IMG/VR virus record: IMGVR_UViG_3300048904_000202
Coordinates: 4,007 to 68,006 of that record
Length of the DNA: 64,000 bases
Source of the DNA: a virus
Taxonomy: Duplodnaviria > Heunggongvirae > Uroviricota > Caudoviricetes
Reading direction: 5' to 3' (one strand)
The translations under genes and the position numbers were made by a program. Numbering within the stretch: the stretch's first letter is position 1; every line of letters begins with the position of its first letter. The notes beneath the pieces were generated by a model that saw nothing but the letters and a program-made list of their open reading frames with translations, was not told the origin of the DNA and searched no databases. Of the stretch, positions 27,926 to 37,119 are shown in pieces.

Positions 27926-30136
27926 TCAATGCGTTTGAGCCCAGTTGTAGCCCCAATCAGCAGATGCCTCGACGGGGAGCAGAAAGTTTAGGTACTTGCC
28001 GCACTCGATCGCTGCCCGCGTACAGATTTCCATGATCTCCTCGTGGAGACCTTCACGGCACGCGATCTGAATCTCGTCGTGCACCCAAGCGCAGAAGACG
28101 AAATCGCCATCCCAGCCATAGGTCAGGCCCGCGTCGGCGAGCATGTCTTCGACGAAGATCAACCACCAGTTAGCGATCGTCGCACCCATGCCCTGCAAGT
28201 CGGTGTTCAGCGCCGCGTGCTTCGAGCGGACGAACAGTTTGCGCCCGTCGAGCCCGGTCAGGTACTTGCGGTTCGCCTGACGCTGAATCTCGCGAATGAC
28301 CTTCGAGAGCGCCGGCAGGTTGCGGAGGAAGCGGGCCTTGAGTTCCTTACCGATCTTCGCCTGAATGTGCGGCGGCGATAGCGGGCTCACGATCTTGCCG
28401 ATCTTCTCGTCGCCCGCCCCGTAGAGGAAGGCGTAGATGAAGGTTTTGGCCGTATCGCGAGTCTCAAGCTCGGCGAGGCGCTGGTTTTCCGAGTGGATAT
28501 CGCCTTCGAGAAGCACGCGGCCGTAAGCGCCGCCGTCGTACTTCGCCATTTCGTGAGCGAGGCAGCGAAGCTCGATGCCGGCCAAGTCGGAGCCGACAAG
28601 GACCCAACCCTCCGGCACACCGAAGAGCGAGCGGCACTCGTAGCCCCAACCACCCTTGAGCCCGAGGATGACGACCATGACGGTCGTGTCTTCCCCATTG
28701 TCGTCGGTGTGGCTCAGTTCCTGCCACGGAATCTTCTCACCGCGCTTACCAACCACGAGGACGGGACCGCCCTTCCACATGGCGTTGGCGCCGACGATGC
28801 CCTGCTTACCGGTCCAGCGCTGGAGGTCCTTGACCTTCGCCTTCTTCTTACGAACGGCCGGGACCTGCGCGAGGTTCGGAAAGGCATGGGTCGCGCGCGT
28901 GGTGACCGCGCCGCAAGGATTGACGTAGGCATGAATGAACGAGTTTTCGTCCACCAGCTTGAGCCATGCTTGTTTACCGTCCGCAAGCTGGCCCATCAGC
29001 TTGTTGACCGCCATCAGGTCCGCGAGTGGTTCAGCGACCGGGAATCGCTCGACGATACGACGCAGGATCACGTCGTTCGCTTTGACGTTCCCCTTCTCCG
29101 TATAGTCTTCGTCCTCCGGCTCCCATCCCATCTCTTGGAGACGGTCCGTGATCTGCGGACGCGAACGCGGATTGAACTCCTGCCACTGGATCGGGGTGTA
29201 CCAAGCACCCTCTTCCCATTGCGGCTTGAGCGCGTCCTTGTACTTCGGCGAAGCATTCTTGCGGCGCTCGGGCTGACCGTACCAGCGTCGTTCCATGTCG
29301 GGGTCCATCCCGAACTCGGGATATTCGCCACCGGTGACACAGCGGCCGACCGGCTGCGTGTCCATGCGCTTCTTCGGAATGTATCGACCGGGGAACTCGA
29401 CATCGAGCCGCTCTTCGAGACCGGTCTTGGCCTCGGTAAGATCGTCGGCCAGAACCTGACCACGCTCGCGGTCGAACATGAAGCCGTTGTCTTGCTGACG
29501 GGCCATCAGGTCCGCGAGCCGGTGCTGGACGTAGACGGCTTGTGGCGCGCCCTCACGCTGGTCGATCATCCGGACCAGCAGCGAGGTCACCTCAACGTCG
29601 TTGACGCAGTATTCCTCAAGCTCCTCGGTCCACGTCCCCCAGACCCAGAGACGCATCTCGATCGAGTCCTTCGCGTAGCCACGCGCCAGACCGATCTCTT
29701 CCTTGATCTTCTTGTAGTCGCCCTTGTACATGCCGAGGCGCTGGCCCCAGCTATCGAGCGTGTGCTTGCCGATGTTGATGCCATCGAGCTTACCGGCCTC
29801 ATGGAGGCGGAAGTCCTTATCCTTCTGATCCGGGAAGAGCAGGCGGGCGAGGACGAGGGTGTCGCGGATGCGGGCCTTCGGCGTCCAGTCGAACAACAGT
29901 TCGAGCATGGGAATATCGTAGGCCACGATGTTGTGGCCCCAGATTTCCTCGGCGTCGTCCAGCAGCGCGAACAGCTTGGGGATCGTGTTCTCGCGCTTGT
30001 TGCGCCGGAACACCCACCGCTGACCGGTATCGTAATCGCGGACGCAGACGCAGTGACAGACCGTGACCTGATGAAGCAGGCCATCGGTCTCGGCGTCGAA
30101 CACCAAGCGGTGATATTTTGGGGGACGGAGCTTCAA
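27926..30136 (-). CDS. polA: DNA polymerase, family A (T7-like) with 3'-5' exonuclease
   Basis: FDAETDG, GHNIVAYD, DLAGIELR (motif A), RDTAKTFIYAFLYGAG (motif B, Tyr at the E. coli 762 position), VHDEIQ (motif C). Confidence 0.95.
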   Translation of the reverse strand: MKLRPPKYHRLVFDAETDGLLHQVTVCHCVCVRDYDTGQRWVFRRNKRENTIPKLFALLDDAEEIWGHNIVAYDIPMLELLFDWTPKARIRDTLVLARLLFPDQKDKDFRLHEAGKLDGINIGKHTLDSWGQRLGMYKGDYKKIKEEIGLARGYAKDSIEMRLWVWGTWTEELEEYCVNDVEVTSLLVRMIDQREGAPQAVYVQHRLADLMARQQDNGFMFDRERGQVLADDLTEAKTGLEERLDVEFPGRYIPKKRMDTQPVGRCVTGGEYPEFGMDPDMERRWYGQPERRKNASPKYKDALKPQWEEGAWYTPIQWQEFNPRSRPQITDRLQEMGWEPEDEDYTEKGNVKANDVILRRIVERFPVAEPLADLMAVNKLMGQLADGKQAWLKLVDENSFIHAYVNPCGAVTTRATHAFPNLAQVPAVRKKKAKVKDLQRWTGKQGIVGANAMWKGGPVLVVGKRGEKIPWQELSHTDDNGEDTTVMVVILGLKGGWGYECRSLFGVPEGWVLVGSDLAGIELRCLAHEMAKYDGGAYGRVLLEGDIHSENQRLAELETRDTAKTFIYAFLYGAGDEKIGKIVSPLSPPHIQAKIGKELKARFLRNLPALSKVIREIQRQANRKYLTGLDGRKLFVRSKHAALNTDLQGMGATIANWWLIFVEDMLADAGLTYGWDGDFVFCAWVHDEIQIACREGLHEEIMEICTRAAIECGKYLNFLLPVEASADWGYNWAQTH

Positions 30137-30163
30137 GGGAGCCTCAACTAGAGGAAGGATCGT

Positions 30164-30206
30164 GTTAAGGGAAACTAACCCTATAAGTCAAGTGAAACTA
30201 ACACTC
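30164..30206 (-). promoter_or_regulatory. polA promoter with tandem GTTAG-N6-TTRAC motifs
   Basis: 20-mer at 30187-30206 plus a second copy at 30164-30179 (23-bp period). Confidence 0.7.
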
Positions 30207-30312
30207 GCGATGTCCGGATAATGTCCGGCAATGGCCATGCGAAGCGGCAGAAATGGCGGATTTCGGTGGTTACACGCTCACGGCGATGTCCGGCTAATGT
30301 CCGGCAACGGCC
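30207..30312. repeat. 30-bp direct repeat x2, each containing ATGTCCGG twice
   Basis: GCGATGTCCGGATAATGTCCGGCAATGGCC (30207-30236) vs GCGATGTCCGGCTAATGTCCGGCAACGGCC (30283-30312). Confidence 0.8.
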
Positions 30313-30596
30313 GTATCGCGCCAATCGAACCCATTCGCCTTGCGGTAGATTGGTTCGCAGTGACAGGGTTCGGGGACGCAGTGGCAAAGCAGATCGCAGC
30401 CTGCGAGCGCCGACACGTCGAGATCGGGGAGGACATGTTTCTCGAACTTGGCGATCACCATCGCCCGACTGCCATGGACACCGCCGCGATAGGGGTTGCC
30501 GTATGGCGACGACCGTCCGCAATACACCGCACCCCGAGGGATCGGGATGCGGTGCTGGTGCTTGATGTTGTAGATGCCCGGCCGCTTAGTCGTCAT
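30294..30596 (-). CDS. DUF4326-like protein
   Basis: VYCGRSSPYGNPY...L.G.DL.CHC.PEPCH. Confidence 0.75.
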   Translation of the reverse strand: MTTKRPGIYNIKHQHRIPIPRGAVYCGRSSPYGNPYRGGVHGSRAMVIAKFEKHVLPDLDVSALAGCDLLCHCVPEPCHCEPIYRKANGFDWRDTAVAGH

Positions 30597-30816
30597 GAGC
30601 GCTTGCGCCACACTCACCACAGACCACGATCGATTCGCATGTGCAGACTGACGTAAACACGGGCTCGCCCGTCTCCTCGGCGATCTCAACCTCGTCCCAG
30701 CACTGGCAAGGATATTGGTAGTCCACCATGCGTCCGCGACACGACCCCCGCCAACAGGTCTCGCCTGCGTACATCCCGTACTCTTTGGGATAGTCGTAGC
30801 TAGTCACGGGAGGCAT
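30586..30816 (-). CDS. Small Cys-rich protein
   Basis: Several CxC/CxxC pairs. Confidence 0.5.
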   Translation of the reverse strand: MPPVTSYDYPKEYGMYAGETCWRGSCRGRMVDYQYPCQCWDEVEIAEETGEPVFTSVCTCESIVVCGECGASAHDD

Positions 30817-31100
30817 CGTGGACTGCCGCCACAGACATTGGTGAAGTGTCCGAACTCGAAGTCCTCGGGCTCGCCATACCACTCGGAGTCCTGACCACAT
30901 GACCGGCACTCGAACATAAGCGTTCCGTCCTTCGCCCACAGCCCGTCCGGAAGTGGGACTTCGGTCACGACGTAGGTGTCGCCGCCGAGGACGATGGTCT
31001 CGACCTCGCCCGGCTCGATGCGACCTTCCCGCAGCGCCACGATGAAGGGATCATTGTCGTCCTTGATCGCGAGGCCGTAATACCAGTTGATCGGGATCAT
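30804..31100 (-). CDS. Hypothetical protein with CxxC
   Basis: FECRSCG...CGGSPRCLP. Confidence 0.55.
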   Translation of the reverse strand: MIPINWYYGLAIKDDNDPFIVALREGRIEPGEVETIVLGGDTYVVTEVPLPDGLWAKDGTLMFECRSCGQDSEWYGEPEDFEFGHFTNVCGGSPRCLP

Positions 31101-31246
31101 ACGAACGCGTCCGGATCGTCGGGCGTGTTGTCGTCGAGCCAGTCCATCACGCGCTCGAACCCAAGCATCGCGACGAAGATGGCAGCAGCGACGTTGAGTG
31201 GCGCCATGACGGCAACCGCAATCGTGAGATTAGAAGCTGAATTCAT
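31097..31246 (-). CDS. Small membrane protein
   Basis: Single TM helix; ATGA overlap. Confidence 0.45.
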   Translation of the reverse strand: MNSASNLTIAVAVMAPLNVAAAIFVAMLGFERVMDWLDDNTPDDPDAFV

Positions 31247-31712
31247 GCTGCTCCCCGGCAGCGGCACGGATGCCGTCGCGGATGAAGTGATTGAAGCCAT
31301 AGTCGTGACAAACGACTCGACCATCGAGCATCCCGAAGTTGCCGAAATGAACGTCGTCGAAGAAAGCAGGAAGAGGACCTGCCTTGGTGTCGATCAGGGC
31401 CGCGTGGAACTCTTCCTCGCTCCGAAATGGCAGGGTCTTCTTCTGAATGAGAGCGATACCGAGACTGTCTATTTCGATACAAGGAGCGAACCACTTGGCG
31501 AGGGGTGTCAATTCGACTTCCTGCCACACTCGCATCTCGGCTACGTTGCAGAACTCCTTGCCGTAGTACTCGACCTTGACGACGCAGGTTTCATCCTGCG
31601 TCAGTGCGTAGACCCGGCGGTAGGCGCCACTACCAATCTGCTTGTCCACGAAGAGTTCGAGGACACAGTTCTTGGCAGTGACTCCTTCGTCGTAAATTCG
31701 ATCGGAAGACAT
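31230..31712 (-). CDS. Minimal protein-kinase-like domain
   Basis: IGSGAYRRVY Gly-loop, VVK, DVHFGNFG catalytic loop, DYG. Confidence 0.7.
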   Translation of the reverse strand: MSSDRIYDEGVTAKNCVLELFVDKQIGSGAYRRVYALTQDETCVVKVEYYGKEFCNVAEMRVWQEVELTPLAKWFAPCIEIDSLGIALIQKKTLPFRSEEEFHAALIDTKAGPLPAFFDDVHFGNFGMLDGRVVCHDYGFNHFIRDGIRAAAGEQHEFSF

Positions 31713-33343
31713 CAGGCGTACCAGCGACCACGGTTCATCGTTATGATGGTCCGCTTGCCATTCTGGTACGTGATGATGTGGCTATGCGCCCACGACGACA
31801 GGCCCTTGTTGTAGCCCATGTCGAGCTTGCCCGAGACGCCCGCCACATAGGCCCCGTCCCGGATCGCCGGGCTGTGGGTGTGACCGGTATTCGACTTCTG
31901 GCCGGCGCGGGCAAAGGTCAGCGGCGAGCCCTTGGTACCATTGGCACCGAGGTGGCCGTGCATCCCGCACTCGATCGAGCCGCAAATGACGAAGCCTTGA
32001 TCCTCGGAGATGAACACCGTGTCGTCGGGGATGCCCTTGTCGCGAAGGACCTTCTCCAGCACCGGCGGGCTGCTGTTGCCGGAAGCAAGCTGGCGATAGA
32101 CCCACGATTGGCTTTCGAGGAAGAAGATCGCGTTCGCCGGATCGGTGCGGTAATCACCCTCCTTGAGCCAGCGGAGCAGAGCTTGATCGTGATTGGATTC
32201 CACCACGATGTCCTGCGTGTCGTCGCGGTGGACGGCGCGAAGAAATGACGCCGAGCCAGCGACCTCGTCTTCGACGCGATCGTAGCCCTTGTTGTGCATC
32301 ATGAAGCGGAAGTACGGGTCCTTGATGCTGTGGTGGTTGCGGCGCTGCTGGTCGAACAGGTCGTGGTAGAATGCGAAGTTCGGCCGCAGGAAGTCGCATA
32401 GAGGCGTGTAATTCGGGTCCACGACGCGCGTCTTCGTCAGCGTATCGTAACCCCACGTCGTGTCCGCCACCACCGGGTCCAACTTGTCTTCATGGATGTC
32501 GCCGTAGGTGATAGCTTCGACATGGACACCTTCATCGACGCCGTCGCGCGTGACGTGGCAGTCCAAGTCGTAGAAGGACCCGTCGTCGAGTGATGTCGCC
32601 AACAGATGCCGGCAGAAGGTCGAACCGTCCGGGGCAAGTTCGACCAGCACCGCGCCGATGACGTGGTGGAACATGCCCTTGATGCCGGCCTTTTTGCGGA
32701 TATAGTTCGGCAACGTGACGCAGCCCGTCGTCATGATCTGCTTGGCGCGGTCGCCCTTCATCGTCGGGACCGATTCCAACTGCACCTTCGGGTGTGGGAA
32801 CACGCCCCACCGCTTACCGGTGTAGGTCGAGAATCCAGACAGCGGAGTGACTGCCGTGGGGAGGGTGTTCATCTCGCCGCAAAACTCGACTTCGTCGCCG
32901 ATGCGAATGCGATCGTGGATGATGTACTCGTCGATCAGCGGGTGGAAACCGACCTTGGGCGAGCGCGTGTCATGATCCTCGAACAGCGTCTTGCTGTACG
33001 TGAATCCGCCGATCATGATCTCGCAGTTCTCCAGCCACTCGGCGTAGACCTTGAGACAGGTGAGGAAATCTTCATGGACCTTCGAGGAGTCCTGCGCGGC
33101 CGTGAAGATGAAGTAGCGCGGCAGGCCGTCGATCGGCTCGAACACCTGCGGGCGCGGCGGCCGGTTCGCGGTGAAGACGAACGTCTCCTGTTCCGCGTCC
33201 TGATCGAGCTTCTTGAGCAGGCGTTCGGCGTCGCGCTTGAGGCGCATACGGATCGTGGACTCCGCGATGCCAAGTTCACGGGCAGCAGGACGAATCCCGC
33301 CGTGTTCGGCCACGGTCGACTGGAGTTGCAGAATGGAGAGCAT
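31712..33343 (-). CDS. HTH plus calcineurin-like metallophosphoesterase (T5 A1-like nuclease candidate)
   Basis: N-terminal HTH (GIRPAARELGIAESTIR); GDIH, HD, SNHD, HGH, GHTH metal motifs. Confidence 0.65.
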   Translation of the reverse strand: MLSILQLQSTVAEHGGIRPAARELGIAESTIRMRLKRDAERLLKKLDQDAEQETFVFTANRPPRPQVFEPIDGLPRYFIFTAAQDSSKVHEDFLTCLKVYAEWLENCEIMIGGFTYSKTLFEDHDTRSPKVGFHPLIDEYIIHDRIRIGDEVEFCGEMNTLPTAVTPLSGFSTYTGKRWGVFPHPKVQLESVPTMKGDRAKQIMTTGCVTLPNYIRKKAGIKGMFHHVIGAVLVELAPDGSTFCRHLLATSLDDGSFYDLDCHVTRDGVDEGVHVEAITYGDIHEDKLDPVVADTTWGYDTLTKTRVVDPNYTPLCDFLRPNFAFYHDLFDQQRRNHHSIKDPYFRFMMHNKGYDRVEDEVAGSASFLRAVHRDDTQDIVVESNHDQALLRWLKEGDYRTDPANAIFFLESQSWVYRQLASGNSSPPVLEKVLRDKGIPDDTVFISEDQGFVICGSIECGMHGHLGANGTKGSPLTFARAGQKSNTGHTHSPAIRDGAYVAGVSGKLDMGYNKGLSSWAHSHIITYQNGKRTIITMNRGRWYA

Positions 33344-33349
33344 GAAACC

Positions 33350-34177
33350 TCAGTGCTTGGTGGTGGCGGGGCTGGGCGCGAAGTCGGGGTGCGAGTAGGC
33401 GATGCCGCCAGAGCCGGCCTTGTGGCGCCAATCCCAGATGAACCACGCGTAGTTGTGGCGTGGAGAACCGGTGGACCCGGCGATCCAACGCGGGCGCTTC
33501 GTCACCACGATCTTCTTGTGAAACGGAGGTAGACCGAACAGGTCCATACGGTTCTTACCGCAGTCGAACTCGTTGCGGAGAAACATCGCGACCTGTCCGC
33601 GTACCGGTTGCATGAGCTTGATCGCGTGACGGGCGAACTTCTCGGCCAGTCCGTCCGCGTATGGCGGGTTGGTGATGATCGAGCGGACGTTCGGATTGGG
33701 AAGACCGGCCTGCATGAGGAAGTCCATCCCCGGCGTGCCGTAGCCTTGATCGTGGAGGTCGCTGCTCCACGTCTCGAAGCCGTAGTCCATCAGGCGGAGC
33801 GAGATGTCTCCCTTACCGCAGGCCGGCTCCCAGATCAGGTTGGGTGCGCCATGCGGCGCAAAATGCTCCAGCAAGCAGTCCACGTTCTCGGGTGGAGTCG
33901 GATAGAAGTCCGCCTCGATCCGTTCGTAGCCGCTGTCGCCTAGCATGGCGGCGTCACGGTTCGCGGCGACCTTGCGACGAAGAATGTCACGCTCAAGCTC
34001 GGTGAGCGGGAACGACTGTCCGTTAGGAATCTCGACACCAGCGTCGGCGAAGAGTTGCTGATCCGGCGTCAAGTCGTCGACATTGAGGCCCATGGCGGGC
34101 AGCGGCGATCGGTTCTCGTAGGCATACGAGCCGGGTTCGACCTCCTTCCACGGAAGGTCGGAAAGCAAATCGTTCAT
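33350..34177 (-). CDS. DNA adenine methyltransferase (NPPY type)
   Basis: DFYPTP, WEPACGKG (motif I), ITNPPY (motif IV). Confidence 0.8.
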   Translation of the reverse strand: MNDLLSDLPWKEVEPGSYAYENRSPLPAMGLNVDDLTPDQQLFADAGVEIPNGQSFPLTELERDILRRKVAANRDAAMLGDSGYERIEADFYPTPPENVDCLLEHFAPHGAPNLIWEPACGKGDISLRLMDYGFETWSSDLHDQGYGTPGMDFLMQAGLPNPNVRSIITNPPYADGLAEKFARHAIKLMQPVRGQVAMFLRNEFDCGKNRMDLFGLPPFHKKIVVTKRPRWIAGSTGSPRHNYAWFIWDWRHKAGSGGIAYSHPDFAPSPATTKH

Positions 34178-34178
34178 G

Positions 34179-34703
34179 TCAGTCCTGACGGGGAATTACG
34201 ACCATCTCGACGCCGGCTTCCGCGAAGATCGCGGCAGTCTTGGCGAGAGAAGAGGCCCAGCGGTCGGCGGCCTCGACTGGCACCGCTCGCGTCACCACGC
34301 GTTTGATGCCGGCCTGCACGACGAACACGGCGCAGCGGTCGCAAGGAGGGAAGGTGTTGTAGAGTGTGAAGCCATCCACAGGCCCGTGGGCATTGAGGAT
34401 GGCGTTCATCTCAGCGTGGACGACGCGGCTGTACTTGGTCTCCCGGTCCTCATAGAGTTCCGGCGCGTCAGACAACCCGCGAGGGAAGCCGTTGTAGCCG
34501 ACCGAGGCAACGGTGTTCGTTGGTCGGACGATGACCGAGCCCACCTTCGTGGACGGGTCCTTCGACGCGGTGGCGACGTACTCGGCCATGCCGAGGTAGA
34601 AGCAGTCCCACTTCGCGCGTCGCTGAGCGTCCGCGAAAATCCGCTGTCGACCGGGGGAGAGATCGTCCAGCCGGTCGACTACCTCATCAGCGATCGTGCC
34701 CAT
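34179..34703 (-). CDS. dCMP deaminase
   Basis: SKDPSTKVG, GYNGFP, HAEMNA, PCDRC. Confidence 0.9.
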   Translation of the reverse strand: MGTIADEVVDRLDDLSPGRQRIFADAQRRAKWDCFYLGMAEYVATASKDPSTKVGSVIVRPTNTVASVGYNGFPRGLSDAPELYEDRETKYSRVVHAEMNAILNAHGPVDGFTLYNTFPPCDRCAVFVVQAGIKRVVTRAVPVEAADRWASSLAKTAAIFAEAGVEMVVIPRQD

Positions 34704-35413
34704 CAGGCAGCCGCTCGAAGAACGTCACTGGCCGTGATCTCCTCCCACTTCGCAAGGAAGCGGGTCATGGCCGTCTTGCGATCCCAGACGTGGAAGTCGG
34801 GAACCACGTCGTCGATCGTGAAGCCGGGATGATCGTCTTCGTTGATGTAGGGGACGACCGGTGGACCGGCCATCTTGTCGCGCTCCAAGAAGATCATCCA
34901 GTTGTCGACGATCTTGGTGAGCTTGGTGATCTCCGGCGTGACGATGACGCCGAACTCGGCCACCAATCGATCCATCAACGCGGCTTCGTAGATGTAATAG
35001 TCGCCGTTACCGAGCGCTCCCTTGATGGGACGCGGGAAGTCCTTGAGATAGGCTTCCGACCAGTCATGGGCGAACGCGTAACCGATCGGCGACGGGTGGT
35101 TGTCCCAGTCAACCTCGGGCATGATCACCCGACGCTTGGCGTACGCGATGTCGGCTGTATGCACGAGATGCTGGGCGACCGAATAATCGAGCGGGAAGCC
35201 GTCCTCATCGACGAGGATACCGCCCCAGCGACGCTCACCGGCCAGCACCATGCCGATGAACTCCATGTCGAAGTCGTTGCCGGGGTGGTTTGCTTCGAGC
35301 GGCCAGAAGTAGCGGCCGTGGGTGATCTGGCAGGCGTTGCTCAGATCGGAGACAAGCGCGATCGAGCGGTTGCGGGCGACGGCTGTCGCCCACTGTGCGG
35401 GAGTTCGGAGCAT
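34703..35413 (-). CDS. HD-domain 5'-deoxynucleotidase (YfbR-like)
   Basis: YSVAQH...HD.SEAYL.D.P.PIK. Confidence 0.7.
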   Translation of the reverse strand: MLRTPAQWATAVARNRSIALVSDLSNACQITHGRYFWPLEANHPGNDFDMEFIGMVLAGERRWGGILVDEDGFPLDYSVAQHLVHTADIAYAKRRVIMPEVDWDNHPSPIGYAFAHDWSEAYLKDFPRPIKGALGNGDYYIYEAALMDRLVAEFGVIVTPEITKLTKIVDNWMIFLERDKMAGPPVVPYINEDDHPGFTIDDVVPDFHVWDRKTAMTRFLAKWEEITASDVLRAAA

Positions 35414-35440
35414 TTAGGATGTCCTTTCGGGAGGTCAGGC

Positions 35441-35482
35441 GTTAGCCAAACTAACTCTCAAAGTCAAGTGAAACTAACACTC
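35441..35482 (-). promoter_or_regulatory. Promoter with tandem GTTAG motifs
   Basis: 20-mer at 35463-35482 and palindrome GTTAGCCAAACTAAC at 35441-35455. Confidence 0.7.
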
Positions 35483-35771
35483 ACGCAGCCGCGAGCGTCC
35501 AGTCGATCTCGTCGTCATACGCCTTGGCGATGTACCAGAAGACGCAGAGCGTCCACGCGGCGTTCGAGAGCAACATCGAGCCGGCGCCGGCCACCGACCA
35601 CATGTCGAGGCGTTGCCAGAAATAGACCATCTCGACCGCGTTCGTCGTCATGAAGACGAAGGTCGGAATCAGGCTCACGCCCTTCACCGCCTTGTCCTTG
35701 ACGATCTGGTGGACGTGTAGCCAGCAGACGATCGAGCAGGCGAAGAAGCAGACCGAGAGAAGGGGGCTCAT
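35481..35771 (-). CDS. PQ-loop/SemiSWEET-like 3-TM membrane protein
   Basis: Three TM helices with QIVKDKAVKGVS loop; GGAGG-like RBS absent but AGGAACCTCC precedes ATG. Confidence 0.45.
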   Translation of the reverse strand: MSPLLSVCFFACSIVCWLHVHQIVKDKAVKGVSLIPTFVFMTTNAVEMVYFWQRLDMWSVAGAGSMLLSNAAWTLCVFWYIAKAYDDEIDWTLAAA

Positions 35772-35779
35772 GGAGGTTC

Positions 35780-36073
35780 CTATGACTGGCAACTGCCGGT
35801 GTGGCCGACGCCGCGATAGCAATAGTATGTGTGGCACTTGCCGCAGGCAGCGCAGCTTTGCAGCATTCCGACGCCGTGCGGACAGGTCCACGGAGGCAGT
35901 ACGACCCGCTGTTGGCGAGCATCACAATCGGGGCGCTTGCAGCGCTCTACGATAAGTTCGGCGCCGCTGATTGACGGGTCAGCGACCCTCGTTTCGACCT
36001 GCCATTTGTGATCGCCCAACCGGCATAACCAACGACCGATCACAGCGGTGAACTCTCGCCGCACCGCTCGCAA
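35780..36073 (-). CDS. Small C..G.H.W protein (DUF1660-like)
   Basis: LCRLGDHKW...C...C; start uncertain. Confidence 0.45.
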   Translation of the reverse strand: MRAVRREFTAVIGRWLCRLGDHKWQVETRVADPSISGAELIVERCKRPDCDARQQRVVLPPWTCPHGVGMLQSCAACGKCHTYYCYRGVGHTGSCQS

Positions 36074-36180
36074 TAGAAGCAGTCGTGAAATTGTCCGTCC
36101 TCAAGGGAATAATAGCGCATCCGTTCCGTGGACCAGCGGTGGAAACCGAGTCGGCAGAAGAGGAGTTCGAAAATGAACAT
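36040..36180 (-). CDS. Small C..G.H.W protein (DUF1660-like)
   Basis: FCRLGFHRW...CERCG. Confidence 0.55.
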   Translation of the reverse strand: MFIFELLFCRLGFHRWSTERMRYYSLEDGQFHDCFYCERCGESSPL

Positions 36181-36428
36181 CACGCGTCTTCCAAAACAGC
36201 AGCGATGACCATGTCGAGCCCGTCTTGACCCGCCGCTCGCCAAGAGGAAAAGCTGACAGGCACGATCTCGCCGGTATCACGGTTGAGCAAAGTGACATTG
36301 GTATAGTCGTCGCCGTGAAAGGCGCCGAAGCTATAGAACGTAATCAAGTAGTGCTCGTTCGCGTCCATCTCCCTACGCGCTTCGGCGAACATAGCGCCGT
36401 CCACCTTGATGCGATATTCGACATCCAT
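36180..36428 (-). CDS. Hypothetical protein
   Basis: TGATG-coupled. Confidence 0.5.
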   Translation of the reverse strand: MDVEYRIKVDGAMFAEARREMDANEHYLITFYSFGAFHGDDYTNVTLLNRDTGEIVPVSFSSWRAAGQDGLDMVIAAVLEDA

Positions 36429-36565
36429 CACGCGTCCTCCGGCATTTCGATCTCGCAGCGACCGCACGCGAGATAGAGACGGATGTTGCCCGTCCGGACG
36501 TTGTACGCCTTGCGCCAGAACGGCGATCGACGATGCCAGCCTAGCCAGCAGAGCAGCTTGCCCAT
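36428..36565 (-). CDS. Small C..G.H protein (DUF1660-like)
   Basis: LCWLGWHR...CGRC. Confidence 0.5.
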   Translation of the reverse strand: MGKLLCWLGWHRRSPFWRKAYNVRTGNIRLYLACGRCEIEMPEDA

Positions 36566-36741
36566 CAGTTGATCCTCGACGCAGCAGCTTCGACATCGAG
36601 CATGGCGTCGGTCAGGCCGCGCTTTGTCAGCATGACGGACGGACGCTCGATCGGGCCGAGCAACTGGATTGCTGCCTTGAGGAAGCCTACGCCTTTCTCG
36701 ACCTCGGCGCGGGCGAGCGCCATGCGGGTTGCGTCGTCCAT
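36565..36741 (-). CDS. Hypothetical protein
   Basis: TGATG-coupled. Confidence 0.5.
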   Translation of the reverse strand: MDDATRMALARAEVEKGVGFLKAAIQLLGPIERPSVMLTKRGLTDAMLDVEAAASRIN

Positions 36742-36989
36742 CACGCGCCGTCCGCCACTTGAAACGGCGGAACAATGACGTGCCCCAACGCGGTCACGTA
36801 GCGCCACGTCTCCCGACCCAGCTTGACTTCGTACCATGTGAAAATGAGGTTGTAAGGCGAGGCAGCAGCATGAAGCTCCGGGAACGCGTCGAGCGAAGGA
36901 CAATAACAATTCCCCGGACCCTCAGCGAGCCACTTGGCTCCGTCGATCTCGTCCCACAGGTCAATGAGTTGTCTCTTGGTGATGTCCAT
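36741..36989 (-). CDS. Hypothetical protein
   Basis: GGGAGA RBS; coupled. Confidence 0.5.
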   Translation of the reverse strand: MDITKRQLIDLWDEIDGAKWLAEGPGNCYCPSLDAFPELHAAASPYNLIFTWYEVKLGRETWRYVTALGHVIVPPFQVADGA

Positions 36990-37119
36990 CACGCGTTCTC
37001 CCGCGTCGTGCCGCACCGGTGACGACATTCCTGCTTGACGTGCCACTTACGGGTGCGGAGGTTGAAGGAGATCGACGGGACAAAGCGATGCTGACCGAGC
37101 CAGCAGAGGATGCGATGCA

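Noticed and set aside
28493-30151. 552-aa plus-strand ORF; also 18575-19594, 39701-40819, 32606-33532, 60975-61871 and similar long ORFs
   Set aside because: Antisense shadows of well-supported genes (polA, helicases, A1-like, primase) caused by high-GC codon bias; no motifs.
34703-35413. 2-aminoadenine (Z-genome) pathway from HD (DatZ-like) plus MazG (MazZ-like) genes
   Set aside because: No PurZ or adenylosuccinate-synthetase-like gene in the window; these families are common in ordinary phages.
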